DNA of 64,000 nt, taken from positions 36,400,437-36,464,436 of the forward strand of contig NC_092672.1 of NCBI RefSeq assembly GCF_964355755.1. The letters run 5' to 3'. How positions within the stretch are numbered: the stretch's first letter is position 1; every line of letters starts with the position of its first letter. This document shows positions 1-11,945 of the stretch, one piece after another. Below the pieces are notes generated by a model. The model was not told where the DNA came from. It was given only the letters and a program-made list of their open reading frames with translations, and searched no databases. Source of the stretch: Antedon mediterranea (Eukaryota; Animalia; Echinodermata). The translations under genes and the position numbers were made by a program.

Positions 1-1299
1 GACGTCATGTACGTTGTGTTTGTCAACTAATTTACATCTCTCTCCCCTGTCAAACGACGACCACCATTGTGATCATTGTGAAATACATAGCCTACTACTA
101 GACGATTGGCCCATAAATAACAAAACCCATCCTATCAACCAAACTCCTAAACAATCTAAACCTAAAACATTCTACAAAATCGGCTGTAAATATTGAAGCA
201 AAACCGGGAGCAAAACAAGGTCCGATCGCCGTCCACACGTATGGTGTCCCGATCGTCTAAGTAGGCCTAAAATAAATAGGTTTAGTTTACTCTCCAAAAA
301 AGCGGATACTCATGCATCAAGCAAGTAGACCAGGTAGTAGGAAGGAGACCTAGCCGATCCGGCCCAGTTAAAAATTGAGCTAGCTAGTGTAGTAGACCCT
401 ATGCGAATTGATACTACCAGGCCTTTTACTATAGGCTGCACTACACAAATATTCCAACTCTCTCATTCGAGCTATATTATCTATACCATTCCGGTAGGTC
501 GAGTCGACCTTCAATCAAATACTGTACATCGTTCATGTTGTGATTATAGACGGGGTATACTCGACCCGACCAGTTTGGTATTGTTGTATCTGCTTATCAC
601 GTGACGATGCCAGGCATGGGCAGCAGAGAGAGCACGTGTATCGTCGTCTCGCTTGATCCTCAGCAGGAATGTACAGTATACGTTACGCTTCATTGATTTT
701 GATTTTTCCCTAAGTCGGTGCGAAAATCGGCAAACGTAAAGTGCAAACATATCTAATTTTTCACTGTTTTGATGAATTTTCATAAAAAATTGACTTTATA
801 AATGGGAAGACCGACTAAAATTACATCAGATAAGTATAATTTTACAAAATTAATTGATATGGTTTATGATAACGAGTCGTCGGAAGATGGACCATTTCAC
901 GAATTTCCTATTTTGTAACCACAGTGTGATTTTGCCGTAGCTGCACTTGTAATCTGGCCTGATTTCACAGCCTTCGTTCTGCTTCACTGGGCGCTTATAT
1001 AAATTGAAACTTTTACCGTTCAAGAGACAAACAAATATATTTTACATTTTTTACTATTCATTTTAAACCCGGAACCCCCTTTAATAGTTGTTACAGCATA
1101 ACATACACCAGTACAAATCAAAATGAAACATCTTACCTTGACTAAGATTAAGATACTCTATAAGAGTTTTGATGGCTGAAACCGCTGGCGAAATTTCAGG
1201 CTCATTTATTTGACACTGCTCAAAGTATTCAACGATATCTGAACGACAAAATTACATAAACATTTAGAATTTTAGTTTTACAGACATAATAATAATACT

Positions 1300-1460
1300 T
1301 ATTCGTATACCAATGAAATGAATTACAGGAGTGGGAATAGGCTAAAGCCCAATAGATTCTGCACTCACTCCATACATATTTATTTGGACACCAATGAAAA
1401 ATAATCTGGAGTGAGAATAGGCTAAAGCCTAAATAGATTCTGCACTCACAGTACTCCATA
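1300..1460. repeat. Tandem duplication, ~80-bp unit x2
   Basis: ACCAATGAAA...GGAGTG(G/A)GAATAGGCTAAAGCC(C/T)AATAGATTCTGCACTCAC...TCCATA repeated. Confidence 0.8.
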
Positions 1461-1668
1461 GATTGTATATCTGGCAAATTTCAAATTCATTTTTAAAGAT
1501 CATTTTATACTGATTTAATATACTGTACATGATTTAGTTTTGTTAGTAGTTATCGCTTAAATATCATAAATTCAAATCTACTATCATTGCATTACAATAA
1601 TTACTTTATCGTCCAAAAATTAGAAATAACATTCAATGCACATCATGCCACAAAAAATTACCTTAAAT

Positions 1669-1857
1669 CAGGTGCGGATTTAGGCTAAACAGGCTTTAGC
1701 CCCCTCCCCCCCCCCCAAATAAATTTTAACAGTTATATATTTTTAGAATGATTTTGATTAATGACTATTTTTATTTTTCTGTATGTAACCCGACAGATCA
1801 TTTTTATCATTTATGAAATATTTAGTGCCCTCTAATCCATAATGCTGGATCCGCCCG
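1669..1857. mobile_element. Degenerate hAT-like MITE
   Basis: Imperfect TIRs CAGGTGCGGATT ... GATCCGCCCGG with an internal C-run. Confidence 0.4.
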
Positions 1858-2884
1858 GTAAATTATTAATGTTATCGTCTTTTAAAAGGGCACACATTAG
1901 AATTACGTACAAAACATCATTCTGTCTTTATCCAGTCGTTTATATCGTGATTGTTTTTGCCTTTGTCTATTCTGTTCTCTTCCTTTTTGTCTTGTCCATT
2001 TAAACAGTGAATCTCTCTCTTTCATTGTTAACATGTTGTCCTCCTACTATAGGATGACCGTTGTTTCCTATTATCATTCCTTTGTCGTCATGATCCATGT
2101 GCAACAAAAAAGCCTTCGTAAATAACATAATAAAAAAAGAATTTTATCTAGCCTATTTTCTCTTTGTTGGTGTATTCAGTTGAGTTGAGTTTTGCACATT
2201 TTTAAAAGTTTTATTTTTTTGTACACGGGCCTATTTATTATTTATTTTATTTTATTCAGTTCACAACCAAACAGCAATGAAACCGCCACTTAAACACTAA
2301 CAAAACAGGTTGAATCTAAATATAATAAACTATATTATCATATTATTATTATTATTAATAATTGTAAATTTAGTTTAGACTTGGGTTTAGTTTGAAGTGA
2401 ATATAGAATGCTAAATTCTACACTGTTGTCTAGGCTAGGCCTTGATATATTTATTATTATCATTTTTTCTAGGGCTTTAGGTTAGGGGAGGCTTATAGAT
2501 ACTATTAGTTAGTTATTACATCATCATACCTACATACATACATCCCATCATCGCAGCTCAGACAACAAGTCCAGGTTTCCAACCATATTTACTATGTAAC
2601 TAGACTGCTCTTTTAGATAGAAAACCAGCCTGCCTTACAGACCACTATATTGGCAATATATATGACCTACCTTCGTTATTCATTTTATTTATTTTTATAC
2701 TGAAAAGTATAAAATAATATTAAAATAAACCCATGTGTTTATTTGCAACAAATCGCCTCTGGCTGTATTTGTATGAAGTACCCCCTCAACGGCGGTCGAG
2801 TCAGGTTGTTACAAATCATAGAGGTCGCTAATCTCGTTACGATCTTTTTTTAGGCTGAAGTTTTTTGTTAATATTTTAGCTATA

Positions 2885-3873
2885 ATGTCCTTAGAAACTG
2901 TTCCAAAAGAGCTGAAACACCTAAGAGCATGTTTACTATGTTCTCTTATAAAGGTAATTATATATGAGCATTAATACAAACTTACAAAACAATTGTTTAT
3001 GCCTATATTAGAATTGTAAATGCGTAGGTCTCGCAATTCTAAAAAACTAATGCGTGGATGGGTGTGTAGCTTACTGTAAGTTCTTGAATTGTGGTCGTTT
3101 CGTCCTTAAAGTTCTTTTTTTTAACCTAAATTACAGACAATTGATCAATTTGAACTAGACGGCTGTGATAACTGTGATGAGTTTCTACACATGAAGGGAA
3201 GCCGTGATCTTGTTTTTGATTGTACAAGTTCATCCTTTGATGGGTATGAAACAATTTGGGATTGTTCAACAATTGTACAAATAATGTCTTGCGAATTTGT
3301 TATTGCGAATCAAAACCGTCAGCTAATGTTACATTTTCGAATGTTTTTTTATTATAGATTAGTATCACTGATGAGTCCTGAAGATAGTTGGGTTGGAAAG
3401 TGGCAGAGAATCAGTAAGTATTTTAATAATAATATTCAGGACAAAGAAATTTGTTTAAAAAACAGTAAAAAAAGGATATACAGTACTGTACTACTTACTC
3501 CTGATGATGTGTTTATGAAATATATAATTTTTTGTATGAATTCTGTAGGAAGTGTGTCGACTCTCCCAATACTGGACTCTCTAAAAACCGGACACTCTCC
3601 CAGACTTTTTCTTGAGGTCCAAAAGTCACAAATTTATTATTACCATTAGAAATACATTCCGAATACCAGCACAAAGTGTCCAGTATTGGAAGAGTTGACT
3701 ATATTTTGTAAAAATCTTAAATCAGTTATCTTCATATTATTTTCTTTACAGATCGTTATGTTAAAGGCTGCTATGCTATATCTGTGTCAGGAAAGCTGCC
3801 ACCTGGAATTATCAATGACCTAAAAAGTAGACAAATACATTACAGATCAAGAGATACCAGTGTTAAGTCATAG
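2885..3873 (+). CDS. SUPT4H1: Transcription elongation factor SPT4 (DSIF small subunit), 117 aa, 4 coding exons
   Basis: Exons 2885-2953, 3137-3243, 3358-3413, 3752-3873, all GT-AG and phase-consistent. They splice to [117 protein letters not shown], with the CxxC/CxxC zinc ribbon and SWVxKWQR motif of Spt4. Confidence 0.97.
3554..3700. mobile_element. Short inverted-repeat element (MITE) in SPT4 intron 3
   Basis: GTCGACTCTCCCAATACTGGAC ... GTCCAGTATTGGAAGAGTTGAC. Confidence 0.6.
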
Positions 3874-3928
3874 TCCCCAATTGTCTAAATGGTTCTTATA
3901 TACTAACATTAAACATTGAATAAATAAT

Positions 3929-4083
3929 CTTGGTTCACACTTGACAACACGAAGATGTAGTTACAACGTAAGTTAATTAACCAATGACAAGCGGCAGTTT
4001 GGATGATCCATCGTGTCGTGATTGGTCACATTACTTGCGGTGAGCTTACATCCTTTTGTTTCGTCCTAGTGGGAACCAAGCTT
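3929..4083. mobile_element. Degenerate Harbinger-like MITE (family B); a related copy lies at ~12612-12768
   Basis: TIR CTTGGTTCACACT ... AGTGGGAACCAAG; internal CCAATGAC and GTGATTGG motifs, the latter shared with the 12.6-kb copy. Confidence 0.5.
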
Positions 4084-4670
4084 TACTAGTACTAGTAAGG
4101 ATGGGGAGAGAGCAACAACTTGTAAGAGAGCTGCCTGGAAATATCCACAACAAACCACAGTATTATGGATTGGCTGTCGAATGACTAGTTACAAACTTGG
4201 ACAAAAGTCTCCAATTCTTTTTTAAATCTGTGTTGTACTTATTTGTCAATCTAAGCCCAAACTAGACAGTGGAACAACTAATTTGCTTTTAAAATGTAAT
4301 TTTTTTTTTTGTATACTGTGTTTAATAATAATTGGAGAAATGTAAATTATAAATTTGGTTCTGGTTTATTTTTTTAAACTTTAAAGTAAAGTAAACCAAA
4401 TGATCATTTATTTTAAAGCACTATATTTAATGGAACGACAAGTTAGCAAATATAGTACTGTAATAAACAAACATCATAAAGAAAGTCCTCCTGACAATAA
4501 ACAATCAATACAGAATGAAATCAATGAATGTCCATTTATTATTTATTTGAACAGAAAGCAGTTAAATAACCATTAAATACATGCCTCTTAAAGTGCTAAA
4601 TAATACTAAACACTATTAAATACTTATTAATGATCATAAATAATTACTGCATTTAATTAACTTTGTGTAA

Positions 4671-4816
4671 AGCTCTGTCTACACTATCGAACTAGTTTGA
4701 CCAAAGAAGTGTGAAGTGCCCAAATATGGTAGTGATATGACATCATAATGCCCATACTGTATATAGGTATATCACATTTTTTTTGTCACATAAAGTTTGA
4801 TAGTGTAGACAGAGTT
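4671..4816. mobile_element. Palindromic MITE family A (PIF/Harbinger-type)
   Basis: TIR AGCTCTGTCTACACTATCAAACT ... AGTTTGATAGTGTAGACAGAGCT; internal GTGATGTGCCC and ATATCACTACCATATTTGGGC units. Confidence 0.85.
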
Positions 4817-5066
4817 TATACATCTGGTATAGTTTGATCACCTGACTATTATTTGTTATATAACTGTTGCATTTTTATTTTCCATTTGGGAAGGTGATAA
4901 TAAAGTGCTCGTTTATTTTGTATGAAGTGTGTCAATCATTTTACATGCATCAATCAGTTTTATTATCAACAAAATATGAGTTATTATACTGTATTTGTGT
5001 CTTTGAAATTAATAAAGCTAAACTATTCAGAACATGGTAATATTAGAATTCGTACAGTACATATTA

Positions 5067-5199
5067 AGCTCTGTCTTCACTACCAAACTTTATGTGACAA
5101 CAAAATGTGATGTGCCCAAATATGGTAGTGATATGACATCATCAATACCATAATTGGGCATATTTTTTGTTAAACTAGTTTTATAGTGCAGACAGAGCT
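5067..5199. mobile_element. MITE family A copy
   Basis: Both TIRs and the internal motifs are recognisable. Confidence 0.85.
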
Positions 5200-5498
5200 T
5201 ACATACTGTAATTTTTTTTTAAAGACACAAATTCTCAGCATAGGGGATTGCCCTCATGGTTTCATAATACTTTAATTATTCTATATTGCACTGTATGATT
5301 ATGTTTCTTCCCAAATGAAGTCGGGATGATTAATTACTTAGAATTTTTCTTTAAATATAATCTGATATACATATTGTATGTTTCATATTGCACTTTACAT
5401 TTAAATTGCACTTGTTTTTAAAATATATTTTCCAAGATCAACAACAAAGATTGATATATAATGTGCAGTGTACAACAAGTTGTCAATTCGATATCTGA

Positions 5499-8400
5499 TT
5501 ATGGTTCAGTGTGTAAGTAAGCCAAGGCCTTGGTTGCTGCCGACATTCTAACTGCTCTTGTGCACAACTCATTTTCATTGGCTCCTCGTACTTGAACGCA
5601 GTGAAATGTATCCTTTTTTTCGCCGAGTGTACCAACGCATCGTAACCACTGTCCGCGGGTAAATTTGGGCAAGCAGCGATCCTAATGTTGAAGAGAAAAA
5701 AGGTACTTCAACAAGCTTAACTTCAATAATATGATAGTACTAATATTTTCTCCAAGGTAAACATGTTAAATGCCTGTGGCCATATTCACCAATCACACTT
5801 AACTTAGATATTTCCCTTAAATATTAAGTATTTCCCTTAACTCAATAAGTGTTTAAGTATTTCCCTTTAAATTGTATTCACTTAGATAGGAGATTTTTTT
5901 AATTTTAAAAAGCCTAAGTGGGAATGGAATACAGCCACTGATGACCAACACCGTGACCAACACTTATTTTGTCATATTGTCCGAGTAACTCGAACCCCTA
6001 CTCCCTGAATTCTCATCACCCCAAGTATCTTCTCGCCCAAACCAACCGCATTTTTAACTTACAATTTCATAAAAGATACACTTGAGACTGGATTTACTGT
6101 CCTTCAATGTGAATATCCTTGCATTTTTAGAAGCATCAATAGTTACCATAGAATCTAATTGTGCTAACAATTTGAATGAAAAATAGTTTTTAGCATTCTT
6201 TCATTTATTTGGTGAATATAAAAATCTTCGACTTGTTTCATCAGAACTACAGTGTAAAGCTCTGTCTACACTATCAAACTTTATGTGACAACAAAAATGT
6301 GATGTGCCCATATATGGACATAATGATTTCATATCACTACCATATTTGGGAATATCACTATCATATTTAGGCACATCATACTTTTTTTTCTCCAACTAGT
6401 TTGATAGTGTGGACAGAGCTTAAGACAATTTTATGGCTATGGGTTGCCCCTGGATGCCCGTCTTTTATATTTTAAGTTTATTAACCAAACAAATGGGGTA
6501 CAATTAGAAGAGGAGCAAATCATTATTAAGAGTGTAAAATTATGTATTTAAATTAAATAAATGTAGCGATCTTTCAGCTAATGTCTTACCGTAAACCTCA
6601 AATATGATTTTAACTTGATTTTTGTATTTAGTCCAGTGTCGTACGTTTTGTATAGAGGCTATAATAAATCGTAATGTATCTTTCGCCAGGTGTTCTTTTC
6701 CCGCTCTTGTCATCTTGGCTGTGTTTGCTGCATCAGGCTTGGCCGGTTGCGCTCTTGTCTAGAAGCAACACACAAAGAGGAAATGTACACTGATTGATAT
6801 ATTCTTATAGACAACTAATGACAAATTTCATTCAATTTCTGGTTTGTGTTCTGTCTAATTTACACAAAGAAAAGGAAATGCATTCAAATAGGTTGATATT
6901 GTTGATGAAGTCGAAAGCTTTCTTTTACAAATTCATTTCCCGCTGTTATTGAAAATCATTCTGTAAGATTGATTTTACAAATTACAATTTATTTAGTATA
7001 TATTTAGACCTTTTATGCAGAAACATTGTTTGTACCTTATTTCATAAATCATACAAAATACAATACAATATAATAACTTAAAACAATAATTCTTTGATGA
7101 ATAATGTATTTGTTTATATATTGTTCATAGTTATTTTTAACTTAACCTTTAACTTTTTCTTTTAGTACAGGCAATGATAATAAACTAGAACAGACATTTG
7201 CCACAAAAGATAATTTATACTTCCTATTATGAATCACTTTAGTGGAAGGGTGGGTGAAAGGGGTGGCCACATTCGGTGTAAACATAATATTTCTATACTT
7301 GTTTTTTAAACGAGCTTAGTACAGCACACAAATCAACATCCTGTACCTTGAATTTTTGACATGTTGAATTCTGTGCTGTAAGCTCGTTTAAAAAAACCTT
7401 TTATATTTTTACCTGCACATATGAACTTTCATTAGAATATTTCTAATGTTTTGTCATAGGAAGGTATAAACCAATATACTATACAACTAATTTTAAGTGT
7501 GGTGTAAATTGGAAAAGAAGAAGAAAATAATACTCACTTGCACGATCTGGTTGCTGTTTCTATATTTAGAGGTTCTGTTTTGATTATGCGAAGGACCAGC
7601 CTCACCCATCTGCCATTGGCTGCTAGTAGCAGAGGATGAACTACTATGACAAGTACAAATTATTAATTTAAATGGGTCTTTTGCAGGATCAAAGTTACTT
7701 TTGAGCTCTAAAAGTTCAATACTAGAACATTAAATCTTAAACCCTCAAGCCACCCAAGATAGCCTCAAATAAATATAATCTTGTATGTACCCCATTTTTC
7801 CTTCTTAAGCTCTGTCTACACTATCAAATAGGCACATCACATTTGTTTGTTACATAAAGTTCGATAGTTTTATAAGTACCGTATATGTATTTTATTCCAT
7901 TCTGTAAGGGGCGGGTTTCCCGCTGTTGAATGAGATTATGAAATAAATAAATAAATAAATAAAGTGTGGACAGAGCTTTATTTATTGAATTACTAAGAAT
8001 ATGTGTTTACCTGGAAGGTTGGTTTGAATACATCAAATTCCTGTGTTGATTGGCTGGCTGACGTGAGCTATTTTGCATACCACCACCTGCATATGATCCA
8101 CTTTGTTGTCTTGAATATATCCTGTGCTGATTATTTGCTTGGTGTGACTGTGAGCTGATTTGCATATTGCCACCTGCATTCAGATTGTTTTCTGCCATTT
8201 ACAAAAGATGGTTACATAACAAATAATGTGAAGATGTATTAATTAAGTAAATTTATTCAATTGCTTTATAAATGTGTTTTTTGAAGAAGTAATGATCTGT
8301 CTACTCTACTGGTTTTGGATTGACATTAAATGATTACAGTTTTGCATCACTTGTTCTGTTGCATGGGTATTAATATTTGGTCTCGCCAAAACTTAAAGGC

Positions 8401-11400
8401 TGAGTCCGGACTAAATCAGAGCTGAGGCTTACTGAACCATGACAAAAAAATCAGCTATTATTTACAATAGTAATATTTTCACTCCTGAGGACGATCGAAG
8501 TGTATTGATCAAAACATTGAGAAACTCAACAGTTCTTTTCAGAACTATACAGTATATGTAGTGTACCACAAACTACCGTATATATCAACATTAAAAAATA
8601 TATATACACTCACAAACCCTTTAGAGCACAACATTTTTTTGAATCTACGAACAGTAGTATGGTAATCATATTACTGTATTAAGTAAATATAAAAACAGTA
8701 ATAATTGAGAGATTAAAATAAATTTGAATGATTAATGACAACTGGCATCTTCAGACAATATGTCATTGTTTAAATGTATTACAGTTCACATAATGACCTG
8801 CTTAAAACAATAATCTCAACGACATAAATCGTTGAAGAAGAAAACTCCATACGCTAGTTTATTGAGATAATTCTATGTTCACCAAGGCTAATATAAAGAT
8901 ATATAGCCTATTTCATATGCTAAAAATTAATGAAATTCTTTAGTGTTACTCGTAAAGTATACTATCAACTGTCTGTGGGGTTTGATGGCTTGTTGATGAA
9001 TGTAGTCACAGAATTTTAATGTACATGTGGAATTAAATTGTATCAATTCATAGAGTCTGTAAGATGACTGATTTAAAAAATGATAATAGTAAGAAGATTT
9101 GATGATAAGGTTTTATAGGGATTAAGTTAGTTGATATTTTAAATTTCAACTGGAACAAGGTGTTTTTGTTCTTAAGTGTTATATATAGATACATAGATAA
9201 AATGATAGTATGCAAAACAAAAATGAAAACCTTCGTGTTCAACACAAAATCTGTGAACTGCAATATGCAATATTTATAATAATTATATATTATATTATAA
9301 TATTATGTTCTGTTAAGGGGAAAAAAGTGTGATGTGCCCAAATATGGTAGTGATATGACATCATCATGTCTATATACTGTATGGCCCCACATTACATTAT
9401 TTTGTCACATGAATTTTCCAGTTTATTGCCACATGAAGTTTGATAGTGTAGACAGAGCTTTAGACTGAATAAATATAATATATATTTGATTTGTTATCAT
9501 TTTTTTTTTACATTTTTCTGTTATTACTAGAACGAATAATTCTAGTAACTTGCTTTTTAAAGCATGGATGAATATTGGGGCATGATGGTTTAGCTTTTAA
9601 AGGAAAAAATTTATGATTATTATGTCATTTAACAAGTATTGTTCTCTCAATAAAACACCCACATTCCAAAAAAAAAAATGAAATGACATTCAACAATATT
9701 ATCAATAAATATACTTCAGCTTAAAACATAGAACTAATTAAAGATTAGTGTAATTAGGCTATTTGATGTGTACTGGTTATTTTGAACCATGTATAATATA
9801 ATAACAGTAAATTCTAATATTTTATTGCATATAATCAATCATATTTATTATCTCTCAATCTCATAAAGAAGAATGCATCACATTAGTTTTATCTCAGCAT
9901 ACATACAGTCTGTTGGTGATGATACAGTAGTAAATTAACACATCTATCAACCCAACTTTAAAACTATTCAATTGTCTTTTTATTGCCATTTTTTTCCAGT
10001 TAATATTCTTTTACATAAGGTTTATGAATTTAAGCACCATTAGCAGATGATTGTTTATGGTGAATACAGAATGATAGTTTTTAATAATAAGTGAGTTGAA
10101 GAACAAAATACAAGAAACTGACCTAATTTTGTAATCAGAACAAATAATAATTACTGTATTACAGTATGAAAAATATAATCCTATGTTTAAATACAATCCC
10201 ATCCTCTAATTTAGGCTAATTCATAGAGAAAAAGAGTATACATTGTAGGGTGTCCAGGCTACCTGGGACTATAATTGGATCGTGGTAATAATAGATCTGG
10301 GGAAGAATGGCAAAAGGCTTCCTTCTTTCTAGAAGTTTTATGTGATTAAGTTATCAGATAATCTATATTGTTTTGACAACTTTGTAACTGACAACACTGC
10401 TGATTTTGCCATTTTTCCCTGTATATAATTATAAAGTAAAACATATCAGAAACACATCTAAAAAAGATCAAAAGAAGATTAATCTTATCTGTGCAATTTA
10501 AGTGGCCTACCCAGACATTTTAGATTTGGCAAAAAGTTCATCTTGTAGAAGAAAAACAACAATGAAAACAAAACCTGAAAAAAAAGAATTGTGAGAGATA
10601 TACTAAATCCATTTACCTGTTTTGATAAAATGCTTTTGATTGGGCTGTGACTGTGAGTAATTTGGTCTTTGGTTGCCTGGACCGGTACTTTGATAACCAC
10701 CAACATTTCCACAGTAGCTTTGGTTTCCTTGGTAACTAGGACCATCTTGGTAGAAGCTGGACTTTCCCTGGTAAGTTAAATTTCCTTGAGACCCTGCTAT
10801 TTTTCCTTGATAAACCCTGTTTCCTTGGTTTCCTTGTGATTGCTATATAGACATAATTGCTGTTCAATATTATCTCATAACATTGTTACTTCTAATTAAG
10901 TTAATATAATCTTTAAATTAATCAATTTTCTATCATCAGTAATCCATGGAGTGATAATTATTTCCTTTTTGAGAACACCAAATTTTATTATTGTTCTGAT
11001 TGCAAAGGAAACAATGTTTAATGTAATTAATAAAACACAAGAAAACCTACTGAAATATTTGTTATGACTAACTTTACTTAATTACCTGATATTGAGGTTT
11101 ATGTTGTCCATTATTCATAAATGTTTTACACTGTTTTGCTGAAATAAAAAATTTAGTTTGTAGAAATAAAATTGTTTTTTTTAATTGCATGTAGGCCCCT
11201 ATGTATAATTTATAATGAATAAAAATTAAAATAAAAAACAATGAAAAAATCACTGATCCTAGTATTAAGTTGGTTCGCAGGGATCGATGTGATAAAGAAA
11301 AAGCAGAATACTGTTGTAACTACCGTCAACTTCTTCTGTTGTGTTGCTTGGGTGCGCCATCAAGGTCTGTCTTGGGCGTTTTTTCTTATTGAAGATGGGC

Positions 11401-11786
11401 AAGAATGCAGGTTTTCCTGTGTGAAAAAGAAGAGTATAAATTATAAATATTAATAATATATTATAATAAGGACATGTTTTGAAATGCATGCAGCATGCTT
11501 TTTTTTATAAGCCAAAAAGGAAAGCTAGATAGGCCTTTATTAGACTCAGAGGCTAGCCTACCCCCCCCCCCCCCCTCCCCCCCCCCCCCCCCTCACACAC
11601 ACAGACAGGAGGTAGGCCTAGCTAGGTAGGCGGCCCTAGCTAGTAGGCCTAGGCCTAGATAGCTAAGCCTAGCTATATGCCTAGGTTGTACTACAGAAGG
11701 CCTAGGCTAAGCCAAGCTACATAGAGGGAGACTAGGCCTATTTAAGCAATAACATCTTTGGAATAAAAATCACCATTTTTTTGCAT
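5499..11786 (-). CDS. SPATA22: Spermatogenesis-associated protein 22 (meiotic MEIOB partner, C-terminal OB fold), ~374 aa, 9 coding exons
   Basis: Minus-strand exons 11786-11774, 11416-11324, 11138-11086, 10842-10617, 8191-8011, 7643-7538, 6758-6590, 6163-6063, 5681-5499 are phase-consistent. N-terminal PIFNKKKRPRQTLMAHP and C-terminal LRFIIASIQNVRHW..IFEVYAQLDS..FTLKD..LKCIFYEIDRCLPKFTRGQWLRCVG..FHCVQVR match recalled SPATA22 motifs. The first exon and low-complexity middle exons are less certain. Confidence 0.88.
6258..6420. mobile_element. MITE family A copy with TAA TSD
   Basis: TAA|AGCTCTGTCTACAC...GTGTGGACAGAGCT|TAA. Confidence 0.9.
7808..7977. mobile_element. MITE family A copy, internally deleted, with an insertion in the right TIR
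   Basis: TTA TSD; ~95 bp of foreign sequence ending in (AAAT)n splits the right TIR. Confidence 0.75.
9321..9459. mobile_element. MITE family A partial copy
   Basis: Right TIR and internal motifs present; left TIR missing. Confidence 0.8.
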
Positions 11787-11789
11787 CTT

Positions 11790-11945
11790 TTTCTAGCTTG
11801 GTCGTTGAGGACGAAAAAAGCAGGCTAAAATTAAAGCGTGTGCGTATGACTCATGCGGTGCGCGGAATGTGACGTATACATAATTAACGTACAGAAAATT
11901 TGATTGGCTAAAAGTTAACTAATATTTGCTGCCACCATCGCCTAG
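11790..11945 (-). promoter_or_regulatory. SPATA22 proximal promoter
   Basis: CpG-rich patch upstream of the inferred ATG with a CCAAT box (GATTGGC near 11902), TGACTCA and TGACGT motifs. Confidence 0.35.

Noticed and set aside
1-960. ORFs 14-196, 401-604, 544-783 as genes
   Set aside because: No recognisable domain or splice structure; the CpG-rich region may be a transposon remnant, but no termini could be defined.
3368-3400. CTGATGAGTCC hammerhead-like core
   Set aside because: Lies in SPT4 coding exon 3 (LMSPED) and lacks a paired stem II and a properly placed GAAA.
6201-6395. Recurrent small ORFs containing PKYGSDM / YTIKLYVT (also 4922, 33389, 43087, 43894, 61196)
   Set aside because: They are translations of MITE family A copies, not a peptide family.
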